A stretch of 64,000 nt of DNA from Octopus vulgaris (taxonomy: Eukaryota), in contig OX597817.1 of NCBI GenBank assembly GCA_951406725.2, positions 67,952,001 through 68,016,000 of the forward strand. The letters run 5' to 3'. The position numbers and the translations under genes were made by a program. Shown here one piece after another: positions 26,425 to 41,213 of the stretch; within the stretch, counting starts at the first letter, position 1; the number at the start of each line of letters is the position of its first letter. The notes under the pieces are model-generated. The model had not been told where the DNA came from and made no database searches. It was given only the letters and a program-made list of their open reading frames with translations.

Positions 26425-27505
26425 AGAGGTGGTTGGACAGAATGGTTAGCGGCATTTCTCATGACTTTACGTTCTGAGATCAAATGCCGCCGGGGTCGAC
26501 TTTCCTTTTCCGTTTGTTCGAGGTCGATAAAATAAGTATCAGTTGGGCACTGAGTTCGATGTAATCGACTTACCCTCTCCTTCCAAATTGCTGGCCTTGT
26601 GTCAAAATTTGAAACCAATATTTCTGCTAATAAAGGCGGTGAGTTGGCAGAATCGTTAGCACGCTGGGCAAAATGCTTAGCAACATTTCTTCTGCCTTTA
26701 CGTTCAGAGTTCAAATTCAGCCGAGGTCGACTTTGCCTTTCACCCTTACTTGATCGATAAATCACGAACCAGTTAAGCTCGGCTGTCGATGTAATCGAGC
26801 CCATTCTCATCCCCCAAATAGGTCCTGTACTTATAGTAGAAAGAATATCACTACCAGTAAGTATTGCCAGCCAGGTTTAAAACTTAGGGTTTGGGGAAGG
26901 CACATCCATTTTGTAGGACTTCCAGTTTGTAGGATTTCCGTGCCCACAAAAGTTAAAATATACAGCAAATTTAAATATCAAATTCCGTTTGTTGAATGTA
27001 AAGGGAATTAGTTTCAAATTTTGATACAAGACCAGCAACCTCAGGGCTATGGGGAAGGAGTCAGTCGATTACGTAGACCTTATTGCTCAACTGGTACTTA
27101 CTTTATCGACCCGTAAAGGATGATGGTAAAGTTGGCCCCGGTGGAATTTGAACTCAGAACATGAAGACGTGCAACATGCCGCTAAGCATTTTAGCTGGTT
27201 TGCTAACGATTCTACCAGCTCACCACCTTACAATATAACTGGAATCGACTAATTATACATACAAATGTTACATAGAGACACATTAATACTGATTTTAAAT
27301 GTTGGCACAAAGCCAGCAATTTCTTGGGGAGGTAATAAGTAGATTACATTGACCACATACTTGGCTGGTACTCATTTTGTCAACCCCGAAAGGGATGAAA
27401 AGCGAAGTCCTCCTCTGCAGAATTTGAACTCAGAACATAAAGACGGACGAAAGGCCGACTAAACATTTTGTCCAGCGTGATAACGATTCTGCGAGCTCGT
27501 CACCT
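26425..27505. mobile_element. Cluster of four family A SINEs (two plus, two minus)
   Basis: Copies at about 26425-26620 (+), 26635-26845 (+), 27010-27228 (-) and 27290-27505 (-). Confidence 0.85.
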
Positions 27506-27678
27506 TGCATAAATGCATAAATATTAGATGTTAAACATAAATGTTAAAGGTTAAAACTGACAAGTTACACGTAGTTCTGGGTTCGATCCTGACGCTCGGC
27601 ACAACACTATGGCCCGAAGTAATCTATGCGTTGTGAATGAAATTTGGTAGACGGAAACTGTACAAAAGCCCACAGTAG

Positions 27679-27724
<46 letters not shown>

Positions 27725-28284
27725 ACACTTATGTATGCTTGTATGTTTGTGTGTGCGTGCGTGCGTGCTTATCAACTTGGGAATGCCGACAAAACTGGTG
27801 AGTCGAATAACAATACCTTTACACCGAGGTGGACTTAGCCATTCGATAAGCAGAAGATAAGCTAAGTAGTAGAAGACAAAGTTCTAAGGTTCATATAATC
27901 CACCTTTGATCGAACTGCCCCAACGTAGCCAGAGTTCATTTCTGATTATATTCACATCGCATCGTAACATTCTGAACTTCGAATAGTTTTTCTAAATATC
28001 TTTAAGTTTGTGTTTACTGCCACCAACACCTCCACCGCTTGTCAGCCGTTTTGGTTTGTTTACGTCCCCGTACTTAACTGTTCGACCCAAGAGACCGAAA
28101 AAATAAGTACCAGGCTTAGAAATAAATACTGCGGTCGACATCGTCGATTAAACTCTTCTAAGCAGTGTTCCAGCATGGTCGCAGTCTACTTACTGAATCG
28201 AATAAAAGAAAGAGATAAAAGATAAAAATAATTGTTTTTCTTCTTTGACAATGGTTTTATTTTTGTAGAAGTGTAAATTTAAAT

Positions 28285-29425
28285 TGGTTTTTAATTTTGG
28301 CACAAGGCCAGCAATTTTGCAGGAGGAGTAGGAGACTCCAGTGTTTAACCGGTTCTTATTTTATCGACCCCGAAAGGGTAAAAGGGTAAAAGGCAAAACG
28401 GAATTTGAGCTCAGAACGTAAGCACGGACAAAATGCCCGGCGTGCTAACGACTCTGCCAACTCGCCGCGTTGAAGTGTAAGTTTATAGTACTAAAAAAAA
28501 AACAAAAAACACAGTGGAAGGTAAATTTACTTAAAAAAATTCACCAGGAGGTAAATGAAATGAAGAAGGGTTGGATACCTCTGTTATAGAGATTAGTAAT
28601 AATGGTTTCGTAGTTTAATAGAGGGTCAGCAGTTTTTGAGGGGACAGGGAAGTCGACTACATTGACCCTAATACTTGACTGGTGCTTATTTTATCGACCC
28701 CGAAAGGGATGAAAGACAAAGTCGACCTCCGTGGAATATGAACGAAGAACTTAAAGATGGATGAAACGACGCTAATCATTTTGTCTGGCGTGATAATGGC
28801 TCTGCTAACTTTCCCCCTTATAGACGTTAGTAATAGTGATAATCCTTTCTACTATAAGCACAAGGCCTGAAATTTTAGGGGAGGGGCCTAGTCGATTACA
28901 TTGACTCCAGTGCATAGCTGATACTTATTTCATCGACCCGTTAAGGATGAAAAGTAAAGTTGACCTCGGCGGAATTTGAACTCATAACGTAGCGACAGAC
29001 GAAATACATATTTCTTTATTTCCCACAAGGGGCTACACACAGAGGGGACAAATAAGGACAGACAAACGGATTAAGTCGATTATATCAACCCCAGTGCGTA
29101 ACTGGTACTTATTTAATCGACCCCGAAAGGATGAAAGGCAAAGTCGACCTCGGCGGAATTAGAACCCAGAAAGTAGCGGCAGACGAAATACCTATTTCTT
29201 TACTACCCACAAGGGGCTAAACACAGAGGGGACAAACAAGGACAGACAAACGGATTAAGTCGATAATATCGACCCCAGTGCGTAACTGGTACTTAATTTA
29301 ACGACTTCGAAAGGATGAAAGACAAAGTCGACCTCGCCGTAATTTGAACTCAGAACGCAGCGGCGGACGAAATACGGCTACGCATTTCGCCCGGCGTGCT
29401 AACGTTTCTGCCAGCTGGCTGCCTT
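28285..29425 (-). mobile_element. Family A SINE cluster including a single-headed concatemer (28840-29425)
   Basis: Bodies joined at gacgaaatac|ctatttc-type junctions, with one head at about 29375-29425. Confidence 0.88.
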
Positions 29426-30182
29426 AATTGTTTCTAATATAGATATGAGGTTAATCGATGAAATCAACCCTAATACTTGACTGGTAGCTTAGTCCTCGGA
29501 AGAATGATATCGGTAGCATTTGAACTCAGAATGTAGAGAACTGGAAGAAACACCATAAGGTACTTCTCGTTCATGTCTGACGCTCTTGTTTCTAACAGAT
29601 GCAAACGGCAAAAGATTTGATGTGAATAATTAGTGGTACTTTATTTTATGACAAGATAATTGGCAACGTTGCTCTTGATAAGATTTGAACGCAGTGCGTA
29701 AGATGCCACAACAAATACGAGGGAGCGCTAACGATTCTGCCGATTCAGCGGTATTCGAAAGAAGCAAGACTTAAAATACCTACATATCAGTTAGAGATGA
29801 TCATTGAAGATTAAAGAAGCATGACTTGTAGCTCTGAAAAGAGACAGACATAAAAAATTCGCAAAGTAAGGTGGACAAGAAACTTGTTTGAAAAGAAATC
29901 TGGAAGATGATATGGTTGATAAAAACTAACGACAATGTGCTGATAACACTTTTGAATTTGGGTGTGGTGAAATAACCTGACAATACTTGTGGACGTTGGT
30001 TCAATGATGATTCTATCCACTACATTTCAGTTTTCTTTGTAACTTAGCCAGAAGAAGAAAGGCAATGCCCGTAACCTCTTTTGAAGACACCCAACCTGCG
30101 ACAAGTCGAAGGAAGGACGGGGGTTATGGTCTGACTAAAATTTGACCCATTTTCCTGCCACCTACTAGATATTCCGTTAGAG

Positions 30183-30384
30183 CAGAGATCGGGGAACTTT
30201 TTTAACATTACCCTGAAATATATTTATTTTCGCCGACGTTACCCTTTTGATTCGAAAAGAAGAAAATCATTAACAAGGAACACGCGTTTTATATAACCTT
30301 TACTTGTCTAATGAGTCCTCATTACCCCCATGAATTTCATTTTTACCCCACTTGAGGTAATTTACTCTGGTTCGCTGACCCCTG
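30183..30384. mobile_element. hAT (Charlie/Buster-like) MITE
   Basis: Imperfect TIR CAGAGATCGGGGAAC / GTTCGCTGACCCCTG and perfect 8-bp TSD CGTTAGAG (30175-30182 and 30385-30392). Confidence 0.88.
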
Positions 30385-30777
30385 CGTTAGAGACACACAA
30401 CTGATGATATTAAATAGGGCGCTACCCAAAGAGATGAACGGTCTTTCCAACGGGGTACCTCACAATTTCGGTCAGCTAAATTTGAAAAGTATAATATTCT
30501 GGCGACTAAAGACTTATGACTTTGGTCGCCAGAAGACTATACTTGTATTCTTTTATATATTCCAGTCACAGGACTGCGGGCGATGCTGGGGCATCGTTTT
30601 GAAGGATATAGTCTATGAAATCGACCCCAGTACTAATTTTTCAAAGTCTGGTACTTTTTATACCATTCTTTTGCTGAACCATATTTCAGGGATATAAATA
30701 TAGCAACAACGGTTATTAAACGGTGGTGGCGACAAACACAAGGACACGCATACTCTTATACATACATATGTGTGAGC

Positions 30778-30826
<49 letters not shown>

Positions 30827-31579
30827 TGTGTGTGTGTACGACATGCTCGAAAAACTATGGCTGAAGCAAGATAAACTCCTTAAGTATATGCTCCAAAACT
30901 ATTAGGCACGATATCAGCCAGCCATGGAGTCTGTCTGTGGTCATTTGATCTCTGAAGTATTGCTGCAAATCAGCCATACCGCCTTTAAAATCAGCAAAAT
31001 CACCCATAATGACTCAAAAAAAAAAAAAGTTACAGGCATAGCTGTGTGGTAAGACGCTCGCTTCCCAACCACATGGTTCTGAGTTCAGTCTCGGGCAAGT
31101 GTCTTCTACTATAGCACCCACATACACACTCACAGAAGAAACTTGTCTATGGTACTGTGCTGTGGGATTGAACCCAGAACCACGTCGCCGTGAAGCAAAA
31201 TTTTCAATATACATAGAAATGTAATGGTTATTGGTGGAAAACTGATTGAACAATGAAAAGCTGACTCATAAGTTTACTCGGACATGGTTGAGCTGAGACG
31301 AAACAGCATGAAGATATACGTCTGTATCGTGTTTCTTTAAAAAAATATATATGTAATAATTTGAATACTTGCGTGATTCTCACTTCATAACAGGTTCCAG
31401 AGAGGGTGGGTCTGTATGGAAATGGGGTTATCGATATACAAAAAGCAGCATAAACTCTCATACTTTAAATCATTAAGAGCACCGAAGTTATTAATGCATA
31501 CAGCTAGATTCAATGATACGTGTGCGCGTGTGAGAGAGTGAGGGAGAAAAAGAAAGAGAGAAATGTGTTTGTTTATTCG

Positions 31580-31589
31580 TATATACATA

Positions 31590-31632
<43 letters not shown>

Positions 31633-31652
31633 GTATATATATGTATATATAA

Positions 31653-31711
<59 letters not shown>

Positions 31712-31738
31712 TACACACACACACACATATATATACAT

Positions 31739-31814
<76 letters not shown>

Positions 31815-32311
31815 GCACACACACGTTGCTTTTCCCTTTATGATATCACATTGCGTGTGGCTGTTTATATTAATTTGTATATATATATGTATCATAAAAG
31901 CATGAAATTATTAGCTCTTTCAGTTGCGTATTAAATTCATATATATATATATATAAGTATATATATATATATATAAGCAAACATACAAACGCACACATGC
32001 ACATACGCACATATATGTGTGTGCGCGCGCACGTGTGCAGACATTGGGATTTCATGGACGCTGATATAGATATTTAAAAAATTCCTTATTATACTACGAA
32101 GACCGAAGTGGTTCAGAAAAATCGAATGGTCATAATAACAAAGGTCTTGGACAATAACCACTGAACAAGAGAACGAAATATATTTTCTAGCATGAAAAAA
32201 AATAAGAAAGAAAAGACTACATTCATATTCAGAGCGTATCTCAAATCTAATTAACAATGAAACTATACACAGTCGATTCTATACATGTGTAACACATACT
32301 TACATAATACA

Positions 32312-32405
<94 letters not shown>

Positions 32406-32430
32406 CACATATACATATATATGTATATAT

Positions 32431-32481
<51 letters not shown>

Positions 32482-32492
32482 TATATATATAC

Positions 32493-32526
<34 letters not shown>

Positions 32527-32527
32527 T

Positions 32528-32562
<35 letters not shown>

Positions 32563-32587
32563 TGTAGGTAGGTAGGTAGGTACGAAC

Positions 32588-32619
<32 letters not shown>

Positions 32620-32853
32620 ATATATACATTAAAAAATATATACATATATGTATGTATATATATATATTTATATATATATATGTATGCGTACTTACCTACC
32701 TACATACAAACACATACATACAGACATACATAATACGTACATACTAGCATACACACATACATAGTACAAACATACATATATATGTACATACATACCTAAG
32801 TACGAGTACATACATACATACATACGTACGTACATACATACATACATACATAC

Positions 32854-32884
<31 letters not shown>

Positions 32885-33012
32885 CATACATACATACAGC
32901 GTGCTGGCAACTTTTTTCCGTCTTCTAGGGGTCAATACCCAATCTTTCTTTGCTGTTTTCACAGCTATTACTGCGTTCGAAATTAAACTTTCTTGTCTGT
33001 AAAACACGCGCG

Positions 33013-33080
<68 letters not shown>
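31580..33080. repeat. Series of (TA)n, (CATA)n and (CA)n microsatellite blocks
   Basis: Direct inspection. Confidence 0.92.
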
Positions 33081-33083
<3 letters not shown>

Positions 33084-33635
33084 ATACATATATGGGTAAG
33101 CGAAGTGAAGAAAAATATACATGTTTTGTTTCGTCGCTCTTTTACTAACGCTTAAAACACAATAGGAGACATATCATCATCAACATTATCACCACCATCT
33201 TCCTCATCATCATCACCATCATCATCACCATCATCATCACCACGTCCATCATCATCGTCATCCTCATCATTATCCTCATCATCATCACCACCATCGTCCT
33301 CATCATCATTATGAAATATATTATTTTCATTTTTTATCGTTACATTCGAGTAAATATTATGAAAGACTGGTGTGAGTGTCAGTTGAATGCGGGGTGAACG
33401 AACGCCTTGACCCTTTAGTTTCGCTCGTCTGAAAAAAGTATCCTTGACGAGTAAGAACGGCATTGTATATTCCGTTAAGGATGGTTACATGTGTTCTCAG
33501 TGCTCTGATTTTTGTTTTTTTTCTTACAAAATATTTTCAAAAACTCTACATAAAAACCCACCTCTTTTACTACGTCATTCTTTTGCTTTTTGTTTGGAAA
33601 CTTATAAGATTTGTTGGTTGATTTAGTGACGAATA

Positions 33636-33737
<102 letters not shown>

Positions 33738-33889
33738 GTTAATTTATATACGCATAACAGATTCTGAGTGCTGGAAAAATTCTTAACATCGGGCTATACA
33801 ATAAATAACCTAGCTATCCCTAATAACACTGTTTTCTGGGGCTGCACTAAACTAGTTTTTTGGGGGCTTTTGTTTTTGCCTATTTTTTC

Positions 33890-34072
33890 TTATTTTTCGA
33901 GCATCATCCGGAGTATTCAAGCGCTTCCAAGCAGTACTGTTTTCAGCAAGTGCTCCACCCTTATTGTAGCCCCTATTTGTTCCATGTACTTCTCAAGATT
34001 TTTACTCGCTGTTTCCAGGGCTCCAATAATTATTGGTACTACTACCACCTTTTTACTGGTAGTGAACAGCTG
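33890..34072 (-). mobile_element. R4/Dong-like non-LTR retrotransposon C-terminal fragment
   Basis: KKVVVVPIIIGALETASKNLEKYMEQIG...LKTVLLGSA*ILRMMLEK* matches the C-terminus of restriction-like-endonuclease elements; lies between (TAA)n runs. Confidence 0.75.
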
Positions 34073-34113
34073 GCACCGTAGTGCATCTGCAGTTTCAGAA
34101 ACTGTGCAAAGAC

Positions 34114-34160
<47 letters not shown>

Positions 34161-34171
34161 TAATAATAATA

Positions 34172-34727
34172 AATGCCTTGATACAGTACCAGGCAGTGGC
34201 TCTCATGGCTTCTGATCTTAACTGATTGGAAGTGTTATCATGTACATTGTTTTGTCTTGGTATAAAAGATGGGCTACAGCAAATATTCTGCTCAATACCA
34301 CAGATTTGCTTGTCAGTTGTTTGACCTTAACCAGTTGAGCATGTCCCTTAGTGGCTGACGATATGTGCATCTCTGATCATGAGCAGAAGTAGTGCAGGAG
34401 CATCATACCCATGTGTTGAGAGGGATTCTTTGGGGTTTGAATAATTCACCTCTAGAAACATGGGTGTTCCGTTCAACATCCTTAAACAACCCTTATTCAG
34501 GGACCTTTTGAGCAGGATGGGTTACTCGACCAGAAGAAAATTCTAACTGGGCCCCACCTGCAAGGTCATGTGCTGTTTATCTTGATATGAGATCACCATG
34601 TTGCGCACATATGGTTGTGATGCATGTGCCTAGTGTACCCTTATCAGACGGGTAGTCATGATGGGTATACTGGGCTTCGTATTTTTACCCCAGTGTCACT
34701 TTGATGGCATGCACTGCTCTCTCACTC
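34172..34727 (+). mobile_element. ~555 bp non-coding element embedded in (TAA)n, likely a retroelement 3' UTR or SINE
   Basis: Sharp boundaries, (TAA)n on both sides, ends ...ctctctcactc-(AAT)n. Confidence 0.55.
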
Positions 34728-34836
<109 letters not shown>

Positions 34837-35906
34837 TGCATCGAATGGTGAGCGATTGCTTGGAAAAAGTATGGCGAATTGGAGGACTTCTGAAAATTAT
34901 CCATGAATACCAATCCGAAAGCCCTTCGAAAAAGACCAGACAGTTCATTTACAACGATGCTTTGTGGTTTTCCGAATATGCGATAGCTCTTACCCACCAC
35001 TAATCCTCAATAGAGCCAAAGCGGAACAACCACCGATGACACTGATCGACTAGCAGAGGGCTGATGATACTCTATGCGTCAGCTGCCCTGCCTAGGTCTA
35101 GCATAAAGACGAGCTAGAGGAAAGTTCGTCTAACAATGGCCGCACCTACTTACCGTCAAGGGAACGTTTGAAATGTTCTAACATCAGCATATGTCAGCAT
35201 ATGATTCACCACATAGTTTATGTTGACAGTAAATAGACCGTCTGACCGTGGAATACGTCCCCTCAACAGAGAGCAGAAGAGCAAGCGCTTAATTCAAGGT
35301 GTTTGTTGTTTGTTCGTCGGTATTCTGATAGGTGGGTTACAAATACATGCCAGATCTATCCACGACAAACACCACCTCATACGATATATCATAGAATGGG
35401 TGTGTAGTAAACCTGGCAGCAGTGACAAGATCCAAAATTAACAAAGAAATATCTGTGGGCTTGCAGCTCGGCAATTGGAGAGGTAGTTCCATGCTGACCG
35501 AAATGTAGTGGGTTACTGCACAGACAGACGGGTTAAACTGATTTGGTTCAAACCGCTAGGTGAACCAGAACTAGAGTGAGGTGTCAAGCAAGGTGGTCAC
35601 TCTCATTCAGAAATGGGCTGAAGGAAGTTATCCTTGAATAGAATTGGAGAATACCCACATTGCCTCAATCATCTGTTACCGCCTGACTGTCATACCATGC
35701 TATAACTTCATGGTTGACTAGACTGGTGCGCCTGCTCTTCAGTTTTATGGGGATGTTCCGACGAGCTACAGCGCATTTGCTGTCAACATCTGCTGCATGG
35801 AAAGCTGGTCATATTACGGCTAATGAGCAGGTGTGTTTGTGATACTCACTTTCCCGCACCTCGTCTCTTTAACAGAGATGCAATCTTGGACTGAAGCAGC
35901 TTCCTG

Positions 35907-35907
35907 G

Positions 35908-35939
<32 letters not shown>

Positions 35940-35986
35940 CCATCACCACCACCACCACCACCACCACCACCACCACCACCACCACC

Positions 35987-36074
<88 letters not shown>
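35907..36074. repeat. Compound (CAT)n(CAC)n(CAT)n(TAT)n microsatellite
   Basis: Direct inspection. Confidence 0.95.
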
Positions 36075-36076
<2 letters not shown>

Positions 36077-36427
36077 TTTCCTTTTTTCTTCAAATTTTCT
36101 TCCGTTTCTCGCCGAGTGTTTTCCGTACACCTAGGGCAGAGAAGCTCCTTGTATGCATTCCCAGATTACACACGCAAATTCACAGGTAAAATATGTATTT
36201 AAAAAATTAATAAATAAATAAATTCATGAATGGATGTTGTTTTCACAGCGATAATGCTCTTCTCAGCACATGAGCTGTTCCAGTTAACACGATTTTTTGC
36301 ACTTCCTGTAGGGATGGTAAGCCTGGTATAATTTTCAAATAGGTTTCAGTACCTTCTTTTTATCATTCCTAGAGATCCTACAATCACTGGTACTGTAGTG
36401 GCCTTGAGATGCCACAATTTTTCACCT
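36075..36427 (-). mobile_element. R4/Dong-like 3' fragment with 3' UTR ending in (TAA)n
   Basis: KLWHLKATTVPVIVGSLGMIKEGTETYLKIIPGLPSLQEVQKIVLTGTAHVLRRALSL*. Confidence 0.85.
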
Positions 36428-36562
36428 TGGAAAATGCCACAGTTTATGCTAATATTGTTTTAGCGTAATACTCCGTGTTCCATAGTGACATATACTTAAA
36501 AAATCTGAAATCACAGGAGAAATTTTGAAAATGTCCAGCGATTTTAGAATCCACGAATGTGG

Positions 36563-36710
36563 ATTATTATTATTATTGTTGTTGTTGTTGTTGTTGTTGT
36601 TGTTCTTCTTCTTCTTCTTCTTCTTCTTCTTCTTCTTCTTCTTCTTCTTCTTCTTCTTCTTCTTCTTCTTCTTCTTCTTCTTCTTCTTCTTCTTCTTCTT
36701 CTTCTTCTTT
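36563..36710. repeat. Compound (TTA)n(TTG)n(TTC)n microsatellite
   Basis: Direct inspection. Confidence 0.95.
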
Positions 36711-37160
36711 TTTGAAAAAGAATCAATAAAGGAATAGACGATGCTGCAACCATTACCACGAACACACATGAACCACCACCACCATCATCATCACCGTCGC
36801 TGCCGCCGCCGTCGCTGCTGCCGCCGTCGCCAACACCACCAACATCAATATCGTTATCATCATTATCATCATCATCATCATCATCATCATGAAACCTTAA
36901 TAATAGGAAGTTCTGCACGTTCAGTGTTGACCTAGACTCAACAACGATCACTACCTCCATATCATCATAACCCTTAACATAACTAACTCCGCCACACCAT
37001 AACATAACGCCATAAAAAGCTCACCATCACGGCCACCACCACCACCTACCATCACCATCACCATCACCACTCTTACCATCATTTATATAACTGCTGGCAC
37101 CACTACCACTACACCAAACAACCTTCACCACAATAAGCACAAATACCCGCTCCACCTATA

Positions 37161-37755
37161 CCTATTTCTTTACTACCCACAAGGGGCTAAACACAGAGGA
37201 GACAAACAAGGACAGACATAGGTATTAAGTCGATTACATCGACTCCAGTGCGTAACTGGTACTTAATTTATCGACCCCGAAAGGATGAAAGGCAAAGTCG
37301 ACCTCGGCGGAATTTGAACTCAGAACGTAACGGCAGACGAAATACCTATTTCTTTACTACCCACAAGGGGCTAAACACAGAGAGGACAAACAAGGACAGA
37401 CAAACGGATTAAGTCGATTATATCGTCCCCATTGCGTAACTGGCACTTATTTAATCGACCCCGAAAGGATGAAAGGCAAAGTCGACCTCGGCGGAATTTG
37501 AACTCAGAACGTAACGGCAGACGAAATACCCATTTCTTTACTACCTACAAGGGGCTAAACACAGAGAGGAGAAACAAGGACAGACAAACGGATTAAGTCG
37601 ATTATATCGCCCCCATTGCGTAACTGGCACTTATTTAATCGATCCCGAAAGGATGAAAGGCAAAGTCGACCTCGGCGGAATTTGAACTCAGAACGTAACG
37701 GCAGACGAAATACCGCTAAGCATTTCGCCCGGCGTGCTAACGTTTCTGCCAGTTC
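37161..37755 (-). mobile_element. Family A SINE concatemer: three 184-bp bodies and one head
   Basis: Units start at 37161, 37345 and 37529; ACCTATACC flanks both ends. Confidence 0.92.
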
Positions 37756-38453
37756 GACCTATACCGCCACTATTTTAATTGCCGCCGTCGTCATTGTCGT
37801 CGTCATCGTCGTCGTTGTCACTGGTCTTATTATCGAGGTGGTTCTTACTCAGTTTTCATCATGTAGCAAATAAGACTGATATAAAGATGGCGTGTCTTTC
37901 TATTTTGTTTGTAGACAGTGGTTAGGCGCGCTCTTTGTCCAGACGATGGGGAAAAAATGTACAATCCCCCCACCCTTTTTTGTCTTTCATATAAGAGAAT
38001 TTCTTTAACACAACTGAATGATTTTTATAACTTTCTGTCTCTCTTTCTATCTAACTCCCTTCACCCATTTACAACTGCCTAATCAATATTTTTCAGTCGG
38101 AGCTGGGCTGTATTGTAATCAAAATATATTGTTTTGGTGAGAAGCATGCTTTTTAGCAAAATCTGATTAATTTTGCCAAAACATTTATGAAATATATTAA
38201 AAATGAAAAAGAAAAAAAAGGCAACGAAAAGTAATGAAAAGTAAAAATCTTTAATAAAATGCATGGGAGATAAGTTTTTTTAAAAGCCAATGTTACAGGG
38301 ACGCAACTCTAGCATATTAAAAAGAATGAGGTCAAAGGTGAGATTTTTCGACTGAGTAACGCGCTTTCAACAAATTTGTATATATTCGGATATGCTTTTA
38401 ATTCCACATAATCACAATACATACATACATACATACATACATACATACATACA

Positions 38454-38484
<31 letters not shown>

Positions 38485-38507
38485 GCGTGTGTACGTGTAT
38501 ATCTATC

Positions 38508-38598
<91 letters not shown>

Positions 38599-38745
38599 AT
38601 ACACGTGTGTGTGAGTAATTTAAATAGACACACACACACATATATATATGTATATGTATATCTTTCGCTCTTCATCTTACTCTCTCCCCCTCTCTCTCTC
38701 TCTCTCACACTCACTCATTCACTCTCTCTCACTCACTCATTCACA

Positions 38746-38785
<40 letters not shown>

Positions 38786-39129
38786 ATACATAGGAAAAGA
38801 AAGAGAGAGACAGAGACAGCGCCAAAAAACAGAAAGTAGGAAGGAATGAGGCGTCTCATACAATTAATACAACTGGCGCCTGTTTACCGGAATTTTCCGC
38901 TCCATTTCAAAGTTTAGAACATTTTTTACGCCAACAAAAATTACAATTCTTAAATATTTCTCTTCAAATTAATAATGTCGTGATAGCAGAATTGTTAGAC
39001 GACCTGAATACATGTCTCTCAATGCTTACCTTCACTTCTCTCATTTGTAAAAATCAGGCCGGACGCAGTCCAATCTTTCATCTCTTTATTATTATCATTA
39101 TTATTATTATTATTATCATTATTATTACA

Positions 39130-39458
39130 TTTTTTTCTTCTTTCAAATTTGCTTCCATTTCTTGCCGAGTGTCTTCCCGACTCCTAGGGCAAAGAAACTC
39201 ATAGTATACATTGGTAGGCCATTAAACCAAACTCAATAGTTCGTTCCTTTTTTTTTTTTTTTTAAGTTATATTAAAATACATGAGCAGCAACAGTTCTCA
39301 CATCGACAATGCTCTTCTCAATACGTGTGATGTACCAGTTAAGACAATCTTTTGCACTTCTTGCAGGGATGGTAAGCCAGGGATCATTCTCATATAATCT
39401 TCGGTTCCCTTCTTGATCACTCCTAGTGCTCCTACGATCACTGGTATTGTAACCGCCT
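39130..39458 (-). mobile_element. R4/Dong-like 3' fragment (second subfamily) inside (TTA)n
   Basis: KAVTIPVIVGALGVIKKGTEDYMRMIPGLPSLQEVQKIVLTGTSHVLRRALSM*. Confidence 0.85.
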
Positions 39459-39463
39459 TATTA

Positions 39464-39519
<56 letters not shown>

Positions 39520-39740
39520 GATGGTGAGCTGCCAGAAATGTTAGCACACCAGGCAAACTGCTGCTAAGCGGTATTTCGCCCGTGGCTACGTTCTGAGTTC
39601 AAAAATTCCGCTGGGGTCGACTTTGCCTTTCGTCCTTTCGGACTCGATAAATTAAATACAAGTTGCCTACTGCGGTCGATCTAATCGACTAGCCCCCTCT
39701 CCCCAAATTTCAGGCCTTGTGCCTATATTAGGAAGGATTA

Positions 39741-39742
<2 letters not shown>
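39520..39742 (+). mobile_element. Family A SINE inside (TTA)n
   Basis: Head and body match; TTA runs on both sides. Confidence 0.87.
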
Positions 39743-39823
<81 letters not shown>

Positions 39824-39985
39824 GTGACCGTGTGGTAAGTAGCTTGCTTACCAACCACATGGTTCCGGGTTCAGTCCCACTGCGTGGCACCTTGGGCAAG
39901 TGTCTTCTACTATAGTCTCGGGCCGACCAAAACCTTGTGAGTGGTTTTGGTAGACGGGAACTGAAAGAGGCCCGTCGTATATATG

Positions 39986-40083
<98 letters not shown>

Positions 40084-40293
40084 TGTATATGTTTGTGTGT
40101 CTGTGTTTGTCCCCCAACATCGCTTGACAACCGATGCTGGTGTGTTTACGTCCTCGTAACTTAGCGGTTCGGCTAAAAGAAACCGATTGAATAAGTACTG
40201 GGCTTACAAAGAATAAGTCATGGGGTCGATTTCCTCGACTAAAGACGGTGCTCCAGCATGGCCGCAGTCAAATGACTGAAACAAGTAAAAGAG
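39824..40293 (+). mobile_element. Family B CORE-type SINE, near full length
   Basis: tRNA-like head, CORE-like caccttgggcaagtgtc, internal (TA)n(GT)n, tail gcatggccgcagtcaaatgactgaaacaagtaaaaga. Confidence 0.9.
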
Positions 40294-40306
40294 AAAAAAA
40301 TAGATG

Positions 40307-40377
<71 letters not shown>

Positions 40378-40378
<1 letters not shown>

Positions 40379-40581
40379 TCCTTCTTTCTTTAAATTTTCT
40401 TCCTTTCTCGCCAAGTGTTTTCCATACATCTAGGGCAGAGAAGCTCATTGTAAGCATTCCCAGATTACACACTCAAATTCACGGGTAACATATGTATTTA
40501 AAAAATTAATAAATAAATAAATTTATGAATGAATGTTGCTTTCACAGCGATAATGCTCTTCTCAGAACATGAGCTGTTCCA
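40378..40581 (-). mobile_element. Short R4/Dong-like 3' end
   Basis: Near copy of 36075-36280, adjacent to (TTA)n. Confidence 0.85.
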
Positions 40582-40758
40582 AACCGTTTGAAGCGCCTCC
40601 TCCTATTGGGAGTTTTAATTGTTACTTATATTTCGTTGTTATCCTGCTTTTGTACACGGACTTTTTTCAAACGGACAAAAGCCTTTGTAACTTTCGTCCT
40701 GTGTTTTGTCCCTTTATGTTTTAATCGACTTTTGTTAGCCCTTGTGGCCAATAAACGA

Positions 40759-40824
<66 letters not shown>

Positions 40825-40841
40825 CATTATTATTATTACTA

Positions 40842-41213
40842 CGGTGGTGAGCTGGCAGAATCGTTAGCACGGAGGATGAAATGCTTAGCGGTATTTCGCC
40901 CGTCGCTACGTTCTGGGTTCAAATTTCGCCGAAGTTGACTTTGCCTTTCATCCTTTAGGAGTCTATAAGTTAAGTACCAGTGAAACACTGGGTTCGATGT
41001 AATCGACTAGTCCTCTCTCTAAAATTTCAGATCTAGTACCTTTAGTAGTAAAGATTATTATGATCGTGACTAAGACAGCAAGCTGGCAGAATCGTTAGCA
41101 CGCCGGGCAAAATGCTTAGTGGCATTTCGCCCGACCTTATGATCTCAGTTCAAATTCCGCTGAGGTTAACTTTGCCTTTCATCCTTTCGAAGTCGATAAA
41201 TTAAGTACCAGTT
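40842..41213 (+). mobile_element. Two family A SINEs
   Basis: Heads at about 40842 and 41073. Confidence 0.85.

Noticed and set aside
34850-35830. GC-richer block, possibly a decayed LINE
   Set aside because: Only a faint RNIPIKLKS resemblance; too degraded to call.
37161-37755. CRISPR-like regular repeats
   Set aside because: 184-bp units with no unique spacers, no cas genes and a eukaryotic context.
37616-37873. Recurrent MRNWYL...RKDERQSRPRRNLNSER peptide ORFs
   Set aside because: Antisense reading of family A SINE copies, not a gene family.
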